From Yuukianura sp. NJ FZ-2021 (lineage: Eukaryota), in assembly GCA_046563655.1 (NCBI GenBank), contig CM102286.1:10850001-10914000 (forward strand): 64,000 nt of DNA, given 5' to 3'. The notes under the pieces were generated by a model, which was not told the origin of the DNA, did no database searches, and was given only the letters and a program-made list of their open reading frames with translations. The position numbers were made by a program, and so were the translations under genes. Shown here piece after piece: positions 51,861 through 63,174 of the stretch (positions are counted from its first letter, which is position 1; each line of letters opens with the position of its first letter).

Positions 51861-52723
51861 GAATATGTATTAAGTGATCTGATGGGGAAATTCTGAGTGT
51901 ACGTCTCCTAACGCAATGAAGATGAAATTAGGTTGGAGGCGGGAAAGTTGAAATGAATTACTCAATTACACAGTTAGGTGTTAGCACCGGAAGTTTATGG
52001 TGGCTTAAACCTGAACCTTTGGAAAGAGGTTGTCTCCTTGGGGCCATAGGAAAATGGAGCACCAGGTGGAGTGAATCAAAGATAACTGAAATGAATCGGG
52101 TGAGTAATGATTTTGCGAGATGAGAGACTCGACTGGATTCACGACCGATGGCTCTATTCCATGCCGTTTAAGCCTGATTCACACGAGATTGTGATGCCTA
52201 AACGTGTCATGTTCATACGTAGGCAGGAGAACAACACGTGACCTTCGGATGAAAGTAATCGTTATCCAATCTAATCTAATCCAGAATGCCACCAACCAAC
52301 AAACAGAAATCTAAGTGGAGACTGACCAAAGTTTATACTAAATGAAAGGAGAAACAAAAATATTGTGACATGTTGCTTTGCGCAACTTGTTATGACGTAA
52401 ATTGGGTAATCGCAATGGACTGCGTAGTTTTGAATAGGAATTGAAACTACACTCGCTATTTACAAAAACCAAATTTAGAAGTACATTTTCCATTACGCGT
52501 AACTGTGAGAAACGAAAAACCGGAGACAATAGTATCTCCAAAAAAAATATGGTTGCAACAGAGAAGATTCTGTTTTTGTTGGGTTCCACCGTAACGTTGT
52601 AACTTTGTAAGAACATGAGTGGATTTCGATGCTAATATTTTGTGTTGAAAGTTTCTTTACAACGGTTGTCAAAAAATGAATTATAAGAAAAATGTACAAA
52701 TATCCCTCCAGATTTGGTAAGGT

Positions 52724-54147
52724 TTAAAGTGGTGGTTTTGGGTGTAAGCAGTTTGAGATAAGGATAACAATAGTATTACACAGTATTTGAAGATGGGTTT
52801 GTAAGTGTGATTTGAAAAAAAAAACACCATGGCTGTTTTTCCGCCAATATAAAAAAATGGTGGAGGTGGGGATGGGACGTTTTAAAGGTCGGGTTTTAGT
52901 TTGTATCATGGCCAGGCGGTAAATGTCGACACTGTTCAGGGCAGGAGGAAGGTGGTTCAGATCTACAGTAGCACAAGGGAGTTGTTTCTGGATTGCCCGA
53001 CCTGTGCCTAGTGTTAGTTGGCCACAAGAGATAGTCTTGAAAAAGGAAAGATTCAACTTCTGGGTGAGGTGATAATGTGCGCGATCAGAAAATCCGTAAC
53101 CTGTAAGGGTTAAACTAGTTAGAGTATGACAAGCAGCGACACCCCACGTTATACTAGCATCAGTGAAGAATTTGGATCCTTGTTTGGATAAGGAAAGTTT
53201 GGATAAGGATGTTAAATTTCCCAAAAATGGCAATGTGCGAATAAAATCCACCGGACGATTTGAGTAAATCGCGTCAACCTTTCGTGCATGTGACCAGCAA
53301 CCAGTTAGGACGCCTGTAATCCCTTCATCCGTAAATTGGCCATCAATCGCTACAAGTTCTGTTAAAGATGTTAAGTTTTGGAAAATGGAGTGTATCGCCG
53401 GAGTCGATAAAAACTTAATATCGAATTTCTTCAATTGTGGAAAAAGAGAGCCAATTTTCTCTATAGTAAAAGGATGGACGGCAAAATCAGGGTCAAACTG
53501 CTCTACCGTGAAGGAGGATAACGGAGGATACGTTACCCCACTTCCCGTATCTATATCCTCTAACATGGGTTCTAAGTTTCCAGTTTTAAGGAGGGTAAGA
53601 GTATGGAGTCGCGGCAATTGTAAGACAAAAGTCAGTGAGTACTTAAAGGAAGTGAGGGTTAAAGAGGTCAGGTGTATTAGTTGTGAGAAACCTTGGAAGC
53701 GGGAGCAGGGTGGAAGTGAATAATTTTGTTAGAAATGATTAGCAAATATAAAGTCGAGTGACAGATATCTCATTGTGTTTTTAACTAGTAACAGAAATTC
53801 TTGCAATTCCCGAGAATGTTGATGTAAACCGATAGTCCATCTAAAGCGTTCTAATGGGTACCCTTTAGAGGCTAAGCCCGGCAGATTTGTCCATTGTTCG
53901 AGGGGGAAATCCAAATGTTTGAGATGGGGAAGTGAAGGACTGGTGTCGCCCGTGAGGATATAAATGAAGGGTTGAAGATTACATGGCCGTTTATGGTCCA
54001 TGTTATGTGTGATGTATTCAGACGGAGCGATTTGATATGGATATGGATAAAGCGGCTAAACAAGTCCATGCAGATGAGAATGAAGCCAATCTTTTCTTTT
54101 TTGGCAGACTTTTTATCCAACTGCAAAAGATCAACTCCGAACGTCAT
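52724..54147 (-). pseudogene. Intronless LRR gene, copy 2
   Basis: Aligns with 37969-39030 (DIDTGSGVTYP, AIDGQFTDEGITG, WGVAAC, LTQKLNLSFF). Broken into three ORFs. Confidence 0.75.
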
Positions 54148-55466
54148 ATAAGGAAAAAACGTTAATACTGGCCTGGTCCTTGGCTTTCTTTGCGGACTAT
54201 GTTAAGAATATGCAGGCACTCCGGACAAAGCTTGCTTGACCTTCTCTTTGTCTAAAAAGCCTGACGACTCTAAGAATGACGGAAAACCAGAAAAGCTTCC
54301 AGCTTGCTATTCAAATAGGCTGACTTTATTTGTCTTTCACACATGCTAAGAACCAACAAAAGAAATTACATAAGACAGTGTATGACGGCGGCTGCCGGTT
54401 GAATATGACTTTTCACCAAATTTATTTCCAGACAACCGAATTCTCGAGAACTATTTAAGCTTAAGACTCAGGGGTAAGTTGGTATCCATAGCGTCTTCTT
54501 CGCTCCAGTCCATTGACTTTACCAAGAAGCACGGATTTTCAAAGCACTGTGACCCGGTTCGTCCACAGCCCAAGATACACGGTTCAGAAAGTTCAAAGTG
54601 ACCCTTCATGTCCTGCATGAACTCTTCCAAGTCTCCTTCCCGAACATAGGCCGAGTGATCTGCTGGCAGTTCATTTATTGTCTTGTCCTTGTTAATTTCT
54701 GCATCGTAGACATAACAGTCGCGGTAACCATTACGGTCCCAGCAGCGTGTTTCAGAACAGCACTGCCAAACTGACGTATGATAGGATCCACTTCGGCAAG
54801 TTCGTACAAAAGTTTAGCCAATGGCTTTTCCTGTATATTTGGCCAATCAAGCTACAAAGAGAAATTTAAGGTCAAAGTTCAAAAACTGGCAAATTCTAAA
54901 ATTTTACACGCCAGAGGTGCAGAATTCGTCGTCGGCATTTTGAAATCGCTGCGCTTACTATGATCACCGTTCCAAGTTTTTACTGCTTTATATAGCCTAT
55001 CGAAATAAAGTACAAACGTTTTTGAAATACTCTTGGCTAGTAAGCTTCAGTTGAAAGGTCAATGACTCCACACGGCATATGCGCCATAGCTTCTTCTCTC
55101 AAACGAGTCATTCACACGGAGAGGAAGGGGTATAAATTGACTGTCTTCCCTTGCATTCAGTCTCACTTTGCTCACCCACAACTCAAGCCAGAGACAAATC
55201 TCAAGAATGATAAAACAATGGAAGGAAGCTCAAAGATATCTACGTAGTTTGGACTATCCTAATAAAAGAAAGTTGACATACGATTTTGAACTGAAGAAAT
55301 AAAAGAAAACTGTACAGAAACCGAAGAATTTGAAATAATTTAATCAGACATTCTCAACAGCCGAATTTAAACCTAAGTTGCAGAGGGACAGACAAAAAGG
55401 TAGAACACATTTATGAAAAAGCGTTTAAATTCGAAAAAGTGTTCTAAATTTGGAATATCTCATACA

Positions 55467-55690
55467 AGTCGGCTTCATAAGCATAATTTAAGGCATTTCT
55501 AGCATAATATAAATTTGTCGGCGAATCTCTCTCAATCTATGCTGTTCAGCAGCAACAACAAGCTGCTCTTGAAGTTCAAGTTTAGCCAAGTCTCTTCAAA
55601 TCCGAGATTCAAAAAATTCCGAGATGTGAAGAGACATGTGCGGAGTCCGTCTTATTTCTACCAATAAACTCCACAACAGAGCGAAAATTA
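55467..55690 (-). pseudogene. Small coiled-coil-like gene fragment, copy 2
   Basis: DLAKLELQEQLVVAAEQHRLREIRRQIYIMLEMP; homologous to 41280-41490. Confidence 0.55.
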
Positions 55691-56823
55691 TATAACTCTA
55701 AGTGATAGAGAGTGTAATAGGGAGTGATTTAAAGAAGACAGGCATTAGACCCATAACTGCGGCGCCGAATAGAAAGCAGTTTGCGAAAATCTTCTAAAGG
55801 CATATATAGGCTTATATAGGCAACCAAGTGGGAGGATAGTCAACCTGGGGGGAGATTTTGTTTTAGGTGTGGACATCCTCTCATCCGCAGGTGTCGCACA
55901 TTGAAAGAAAACACAAGGCCAAAACTGTTGTGGCGTCATTCGTTTATTGCGCTGTTCACCCTACTCAGTGCACCCCATCGTAATTCTGGTTTCTGGTGGG
56001 GTGATTTCCAGGTCAGGAATCACCCCTGATAAGAGGGTCCATACTTAAGAGAAAGTTCCCCAGACGCTAGAGTCGATTACGACTGACTCACTCTTCTCCC
56101 CGATTCCCCCCTCAGATAGCCTCTCTTGTGTCCCGTTTGTGGTCTGTGAGCTGAGTGAACGTGGGAATCCAGGCTCACAATCTTCCCCCACCAAAGTCAA
56201 AAGTCGCGCAAAATGATGAGCTATGCACTGTATATAGAGTTCCTATACGTCAACGCCTTTTTCCATGAGTTTTGTAATTTTTTCAATGTTCGCTTAACCT
56301 AATTGCTGTTATCTAAACTAGTGTAAGTATAGCTCCATTGTGTTAGTGATTAAATGAAGAAAGTTCAGAGTGAAGACAAAATTGATAGAGTAGATTGGAA
56401 ATTACGTTTTGTCGAAGTAGAAAGTTAAGTTTGTATACTATTCAAGAACTCATTATAATCATTAAATCTAGGTGCTGTCTACCAAATATTGTATTGAATT
56501 GTGTTGTCAGCCATTCTCTATGGGTCACACATATCAATCTCAACACCCAGGAGTGTTATATTTCCAGCAATTTCAGTGGTGACGTCCAATAATTTGTGGA
56601 ATTCAGTATCCAGTGGTATGAAGTCAGATGTCTTACGATCTCAATCTTGCCGAAGTTATCACTATGCGTACATAATTCAACTTTTTCCCAAGTCGATGTG
56701 GTCTAAATAAAGTAATGATTGCAATTCCAAGATGTGGGCGTTTGAAAACCTCTGAAAAGCCTTTGAAAATTGATTACATTGGTTGTCTGGGATGTAAAAT
56801 TTATATCGATCCCCCCATACTAA

Positions 56824-59289
56824 CGAGGGATGTTTTTTCACGTGATCTGAAAATTTTGAATTCTAAAGTTATAGTCGAGTTCCTGATGTAAGCACAAATA
56901 TTTTGGTGGTAGTTTTAGTTGCGAATGCAAAAAAAAATTCCACCCCAGATTTGAACCCGCCTTCGCCGCCTCAAAGGATAAAAACTGACCAGACGCTTTC
57001 TCCCCCGCCACGCAAGAGAAATCATAGACACCTGGCTGAATATTCTCCTTTTTCTCGTTGATGCAAAAAAGATTCTTTCACGGCTGAAAATTATTTTCAA
57101 AAAATTCCTTTCTTTTCTCAAAAAATGGACGTAAATCCAATCGAAATTGCGAAAAAGTATGTCAAAATTGTTGAGTATGAGTTCGAGAAGTATAATTTAA
57201 CCACTATGTGTGAAAGTACAGACGCTTTCTTACACGCAACATCAGGTAAACTTCAGGCGTTCAGGCTGAGGAGTGATTATAAATGTTATTAGGTATTAGC
57301 TACTCCAATACACTTTCACCAAAAAGTTTTGCAAATTTAATTTCAGTAAAACTTTTAAATTACTTTTGACACTCTGCCAAGTGGTACATAAAAAAAAACA
57401 AGAAAAACATAAAGTTTTAAAACAACGGCTACAACGAATGAACCGGTTTTCCTTTGCGCAAATTTCACAAATTGTAGAATTTTCCTTTTCCCAGTGAAAG
57501 CAAACTGTTCAACTGATAAAAGTTCCTCCTTGTCATCTTCTTCCACAAATCCTGCTGAAAAAAAGCAGTACCGAATCATGGCGTTGAATACTGGAGCTGA
57601 TAATTGGTGGTGAAGTAGGCTTTGCATTTTTATAATGCCGTTTCTTGTTGTTATGCGGTCTTGTGGATGGATTCCATTTGGTTCCACAAATATGTCACAG
57701 TGGTTGATCATCGCTCGAGAGAGAATTTTCAACTGACGATGGAAATATGTATCAAGGGGTTGGCAAGTTGAGGTATATTTTTCAGGTATGACGAGTACCT
57801 CTGCTTTCACTGTACTTTCTCCAAAAACTCCATCATACAGGTTTAAATTTTTTTGACCTTTCCAAGAATCAATAAGGTAGAGAAAGTCTTCTTTCATCTC
57901 TGTAGCTACCACTTTCTCGTTGAAGTATTTTACCAAACTGGAGTTGAGTTTTCCCGAATGACTGCAGGTCAAGGTCACGTTTGGTGCTGGAAAAAGTGAA
58001 TTTTCTACTATTGGTCCAATCCTTCCGCTGTTTTCTTGGAGACAAATGAACACATTCCCAACAATATTTCCTTGAGCAGAAATAACATACTGAACAGTAT
58101 ATGTATGTGTCACTAGATTTTTTGGAGAAAGCACGCAGCCTTTCACGCTCTTTTCTCCTATGAAGTTTAAGGTCCTTGCAGAGTAAATTTCGTAGGCAAA
58201 TCCGCATTGGTCTGTATTGATGATTTGGGCTGGTGTGTAATTTTTCATTTTCTTCTTCACTTTCACCCGAAACGACTCTGCTTTCTACATGAGATCCTCT
58301 GAATTTGAAACTTCGTGACGGCTTAGGAGAAGGTTAATTCGACGGCTTTTAATTCGATGTTTTGATTTAAAATTTTCAGCCCAACTTCTACTTCTACAAC
58401 TAAAAAAATTTGCTTGAATTTCGGTTGCCTTTTGAATTCCCCACTGTTGTAGATTTTTTGTGCGGAGGATTTTGCCTGAGTCACGTGAAGCCACAAAATT
58501 TTGAAGCACAAACTTGTTAATTTGGCGTCTCTTTTCTCCAAAAGGGTAGACGAGATTTGGATGGAAGTGAGGCACATCCTTTACGTTTTAGTGTAGGTAG
58601 GCTGTAGTTAGGATGTAAGTCAACAAAATCCAATATTCTTTTCTTTTCATGTAAGGGGATTTCGTTGGCCTCAACACTTTCATCTTCAGATTCAAAATTT
58701 TCATTCACTGTGTCTAAAAAATGTTTAAAAACCAAGTTTTGGTTACATTTTCTTTGTAGTAACATTTTAGAAGGGACTATTGAAAGAAACTTTTGACTTT
58801 CACTTACCTGGACCTATCAAGTCCTCTTCTTCTCCAAAAACAAAGTCATCAAGGAGATGCAGGAAGTTGAGTACAACTTGTCAGCAAAAGCGTCTGTAGT
58901 TTCACACATAGTGGTTAAATTATACTTCCCGAACTCATGCTCAACAATTTAAACAAACTTTTTCGCAATTTCGATTGGATTTACGTCCATTTTTTGAAAA
59001 AAACGGAGTTTTTGAAATTAGTGTTCACCCGTGAAAAAAACGTTTTTGTGTCGACCACAAGAAGGAGAATATTCAGCCAGGTGTCCATGATTTCTCTTGC
59101 GTGGCGGGGGAGAAAGCGTCTGGTCAGTTTTTGTCCTTTGAGGCGGGAAAGGCGGGTTCAAATCTGGGGTGGAATTTTTTTTTTGCATTCGCAACTAAAA
59201 CTACCACCAAAATATTTGTGCTTACATCAGGAACTCGACTATAACTTTAGAATTCAAAATTTTCAGGTCACGTGAAAAAACATCCCTCG
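56824..59289 (-). mobile_element. Tc4/Tc5-like (pogo-related DDD) DNA transposon
   Basis: ~404-bp TIRs (56824-57228 and 58887-59289) starting CGAGGGATG. TAA TSD (56821-56823, 59290-59292) in a C-TAA-G site. Confidence 0.93.
57370..58990 (-). pseudogene. Tc5-like transposase (CENP-B-type HTH plus DDE_1), disrupted
   Basis: ATG at 58990, intron 58807-58714. Catalytic motifs NTDQCG / IDSWKG / CQPLD with 38 residues between D2 and D3. Stop at 58285-58287 plus frameshifts. Confidence 0.88.
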
Positions 59290-60649
59290 TAAGAAGGAAT
59301 TAACCAATTCGCATTGAGTATAATCGACGGCACATCCTACTACAAATTGAAGTCTGTTTCCTATACTTAATCTCTGCCTATTGTTACATGATATTGTGCA
59401 GATTAATATAGTAGTTGGTAGCGGTACTACAAGAAGGTCCTGTCCAGAAGCAGTAGGCGTCGGTCATCCGTGTCGTGCCAAAGGTTGTTGCATTAAGGTA
59501 TGGTAACGGTACTCCATCTGGATCCCAGAAGGTCGTCACTAATTCGTCATATTCAGAAATGCCAATTCGGACCCTCTGTCTTGTATAACTCCATAGTGAT
59601 CCGCCGAAGAAATAAATTGTTTTTGCTTCCCATGGTGACTCCTTTACACATTCAAATGCTACATGTCCCCGGTTCAATGGAGTTGCGGTGTGTAGGTCCA
59701 TGGTAAGTAAGGCGTCTGAGGGTGGATTGATGTCACACGAAGCATCGGTGGCATGGATTGCATACAAAATTCCCAATGTCCAGTGTCTCACCTGGGCTGG
59801 ATTGTTGATGAGGTATTTCTCCAGATACAGTGGCTCCTTCATTTCCTGTTGTTGCTCATTTGTAACGTTGTGAAGAGAGTTCACCAGATCAAGCAAATTG
59901 TTATCGTTAGTGGATGATAATGCTGCCTTGGTCATTGTTGAGATTAAAATGATGAGGAGAATTGTTGAGATCTACATCCATAGTTAAGAATTAAGTGCAA
60001 CGATTACTTTAGTGCTTGAGTGCCAATAAGTGTGTCATAATTTTATTGTAAACTGAGTGACCTTATTTAGGTTAACTGGTTAAAAGTGCCTTAACAGTAT
60101 TAACATTTTTTGTGGGGTTAGTTGACATTAAATTTGCGTTGAATGGTGTTATGAAGCAGAATATTTCTCGTTTTTAATTTGTTCCGGAGTGAGGAGTAAG
60201 AGGAAAGTAAAATTTTGAATCTTGTACATAAAATAAGGAGAAGGAGGAATTGTAGTCATTGGTGCCGCGATTTTTGTAATTTCCTCCTCACCAAATTCTT
60301 CCATAATATTTTAGATGTCCGCAGGAATTTGCTATTTTTCGGGTGAAAAATTTGTCATCCCAGGAGAGACAAAAGACCGATTGTCATCGACAAAGTCTTC
60401 GTCATGGGAGTGTCGTAATAACTTTGTAAGAGTAACGTCTATCTGGTCAACTTTATGAGAATCCCAATGCCCCTTTTTTGGATATGTCGTAGAAAATATG
60501 GGTGATGATTGGACGGATGTTATATTTTGTGGTCTCTGCCCTTGTTGAATAGGTACGTCAATGTTTGGAGGACCTTTTGAAACGTCACATGGCCCTATAT
60601 GCAGCACTTTTAGAAAAGATGGTTGCCCAAGCTTGATTGTTTCGTATAA

Positions 60650-61083
60650 GTACGAGAATCAAGATTCATTATTGAATTGTGATGATGTGTCCATGGTTTC
60701 CTCTTGCTCTAAGGTGTTGGTAGCTTCAATTATTCTCCTAGTAATGCCAAGGGGAACCCCACAAATGTCATTTGACTTGATATAGTAGTCCGTAGTGCCT
60801 AAAGCGAGGTCTTTGCAAATTATATGTTTTGGATTAATGTAACAGTTCGAGGCCGTGCGTTTCATCAACGTACAGTTATTTTGGTTGTTGGCGAAGATTT
60901 GCCATACATCGGAGCTAGGGCACATATGGCCATTAAATTCGCAATTTCATGCATGTTGGGAACGTCCGGTGAACGCACGTAACCCGTGTAGGGGTCATAT
61001 CTAGTGGTGACGGTCGTTGAAACGGGTGAAATAAAAACTCCTACCTTATACTGGCTAACTATTGTCTGAAAATAGCTAACCAA
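60650..61083 (-). pseudogene. Second envelope-like glycoprotein fragment
   Basis: TTRYDPYTGYVRSPD..C..SDVW..NNC..C..C..DICG resembles the xDPYTG/Cys-rich mid-region of rhabdovirus-type G proteins. Frameshifted. Confidence 0.5.
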
Positions 61084-61149
61084 GGTGATGTGCGCATTGG
61101 CGTGGGCCTATGTAGTCGTGCCGAAGCTATCCAAGCCACTTACTGCTAC

Positions 61150-61540
61150 TTTGATCTAGATATCCAGGGCCTTGGTTTAAAGGCACGGCGTGATTTGGAA
61201 GGAGAATTCATATTCTTGTATGCCGGAGAGGTCATTGACTATGACCGGAAATCATACATGACTTCTGGTAAGCTAGACAGTTAAAGCCGAGGGTAATAGT
61301 CGAGGTTAGTACCTAGGTAAACTATCGAATGTAATGTGTATTTTTGTAAATAGGGCAGTTGAGTTACTTCCTGTCGTTGTATAACACTGGAAACATATCG
61401 AGATTTCTCAACCGTTCGTGTAACCCAGCCAATCAAAATACAATTCTACCAAGGGTACCAGGATGGGGAAACGTGTCGTCAAGGATGAAACCATGAAGGA
61501 GGTTGAAAAGGGAGAAACGTTATTAGTGGCCTACGCAAGT
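61150..61540 (+). pseudogene. SET-domain lysine methyltransferase relic
   Basis: GLGLKARRDLEGEFIFLYAGEVI, intron 61268-61353, GNISRFLNRSCNPAN, then after a frameshift KEVEKGETLLVAY. These are the three SET signature blocks in order. Confidence 0.75.
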
Positions 61541-62226
61541 CACCTACGCGCAATCAAAAACTTGTCGTATTTCTTTGAACCTAACCTACCACATAGTCTC
61601 ATCTTGTTCATTCTGCTTAAATAAGACCAATAAATTGTCCGAGAGCAACAATGTACTCAGATGAATTCTCTCCTGCATAAGTGTAAGTTTTTATCACATC
61701 AGTCAAAATAATCTACAAACGATACTGCACGTTCTATGGACGCCTGTTTCCAATAATTATGCAAATGCAACAGCATGTGACTGATGATTGTTTTGTAGCT
61801 CTACTCGGAATAAAAAATGCAGCAGTATCATATCACGATAACTTCAAACTTCAAAAGCTCGAACTGAGGTAATTTACCAAACCTCGATTTCTAACACTTA
61901 GCTGAGTTTTGAGGTTTGAAATCAGTAGGGCTTATTACTTGTGGCGTTGTTAATGATTTTAATTCAGTATTACGTTATGGGTGGTATTACTAGCCGAAAT
62001 TTGAAAACTTTAAGTCTTGAAACTGTCTGCTTTTCTTACGCACAAACAAAATTATTGGGTGCAGTCACTTCAATGTGAGTGCCTTCCCCAACTTGATCTG
62101 CTGCTACTCCTAGAGCAGCGTCCGTTGATGGCCCGACGAATTCCGTTTTCTGTCCATCATGAATTCAAAATCTTGCTTTTGAATTAGAATGTCAACGACG
62201 GTTGGGTTGTCAACTACTAACCTAAC

Positions 62227-63174
62227 CTAACCTGTTTTCGGTTGACGATGAAACACATCATAGCTTTCTTCGGTATTTAAACCTTTCAATAAGTATTTGA
62301 TGCGTTTTCCGTTTTTCATAACGGTTCCCTGACTCTTGTCTAGTTGATCGCACACACGCATGATGTTACTACAATACTCGTCGATACGGACGTTCTTTCT
62401 ACGCCGCATCTGAGCAAGTCGATGCTCAACGGCGTTTTCAGTAAGACGATACTTAAAGTCTAGTTTGAAAGCTGCCTCAAACTTAGGCCATGACAAAGGC
62501 AATAATTCGCCATCGTCATCTATGTTGGCCGGATCCCTTTTCCAGTCCGTGCAGTAATTCAACCACCAAGTTTTGGCATACTTGGTGAGGTAGAGCGGAA
62601 AGTGGGTGACTTTGGCAGCGTCATCCCAGTGCTGCGTAGCAGCGACCGCCTTAAATGTTTGCATAAAAATCGTAGCTTGGGTTCCCCGTTTCCCTTCAAA
62701 CATGGGGTCACCAGAAGGGTTCCACAGGAAAACAAACACATTTTCCGCTCACTTTGGTGCTATTAATGGCACTGGGTCAGGGCCATTTTCTCCCGAACCC
62801 CTGCACCAGTATTATCTGGGTCGCTTGGCACTTTGTATAGTTGAAAATAAGTCCCTCCGGAGACGATTTCTCTTCCTTAAATTCCGGCGTGGAGTTTTGA
62901 TTCTTGATGACTTACTCATTTCCACAAGCTTCATCTGAGTATGCGGATGCATGTTCCTATAGTGAAGAAAGTGCGCTATGGCATCCTGTTCTTCGGCCCT
63001 CCAGTAGCTCGGAGTTGCGCGGTATCCCCTGTTGTTCCATGCCGCTCTGAGGCCGTCAAATGTAGAGTAGGCATCACGAATTACCAGTTCTATATCACCA
63101 GTTCTCTCCGGTCGTCTGGTTTTCGTAAATGACCTACTGGAGGCAGACGCAGCCGTCCCAGTCGTCATGTTCAC
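62227..63174 (-). pseudogene. Ty3/gypsy-type gag (capsid domain), frameshifted
   Basis: PMFEG..FMQTFKAVA..WDDAAKVTHFPLYLTKYAKTWW..WPKFEAAFKLDF..L..EY..YLLKGL is the retrotransposon gag pattern. 62812-63174 is the probable N-terminal part. Confidence 0.8.

Larger units (their letters stand above)
56400..59977 (-). pseudogene. Envelope-like glycoprotein (class III / rhabdovirus-G-like), split by a DNA transposon
   Basis: Signal peptide M*ISTILLIILIST (59977-59936), AFECVK..W..TIYFFGG and DAYCFWTG..TNYYI motifs. Excising 56824-59289 and one TAA restores GCAVDYTQCELVNSFL-VWGDRY. Confidence 0.6.

Noticed and set aside
56915..59275. Similar Arg-rich ORFs 56915-57121 and 58937-59275
   Set aside because: Both are incidental frames within the two TIRs.
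62217..62233. (CCTAA)3 telomere-like motif at the gag stop, and similar short runs near 70-110 and 30158-30180
   Set aside because: Too short to indicate telomere addition or telomeric targeting.
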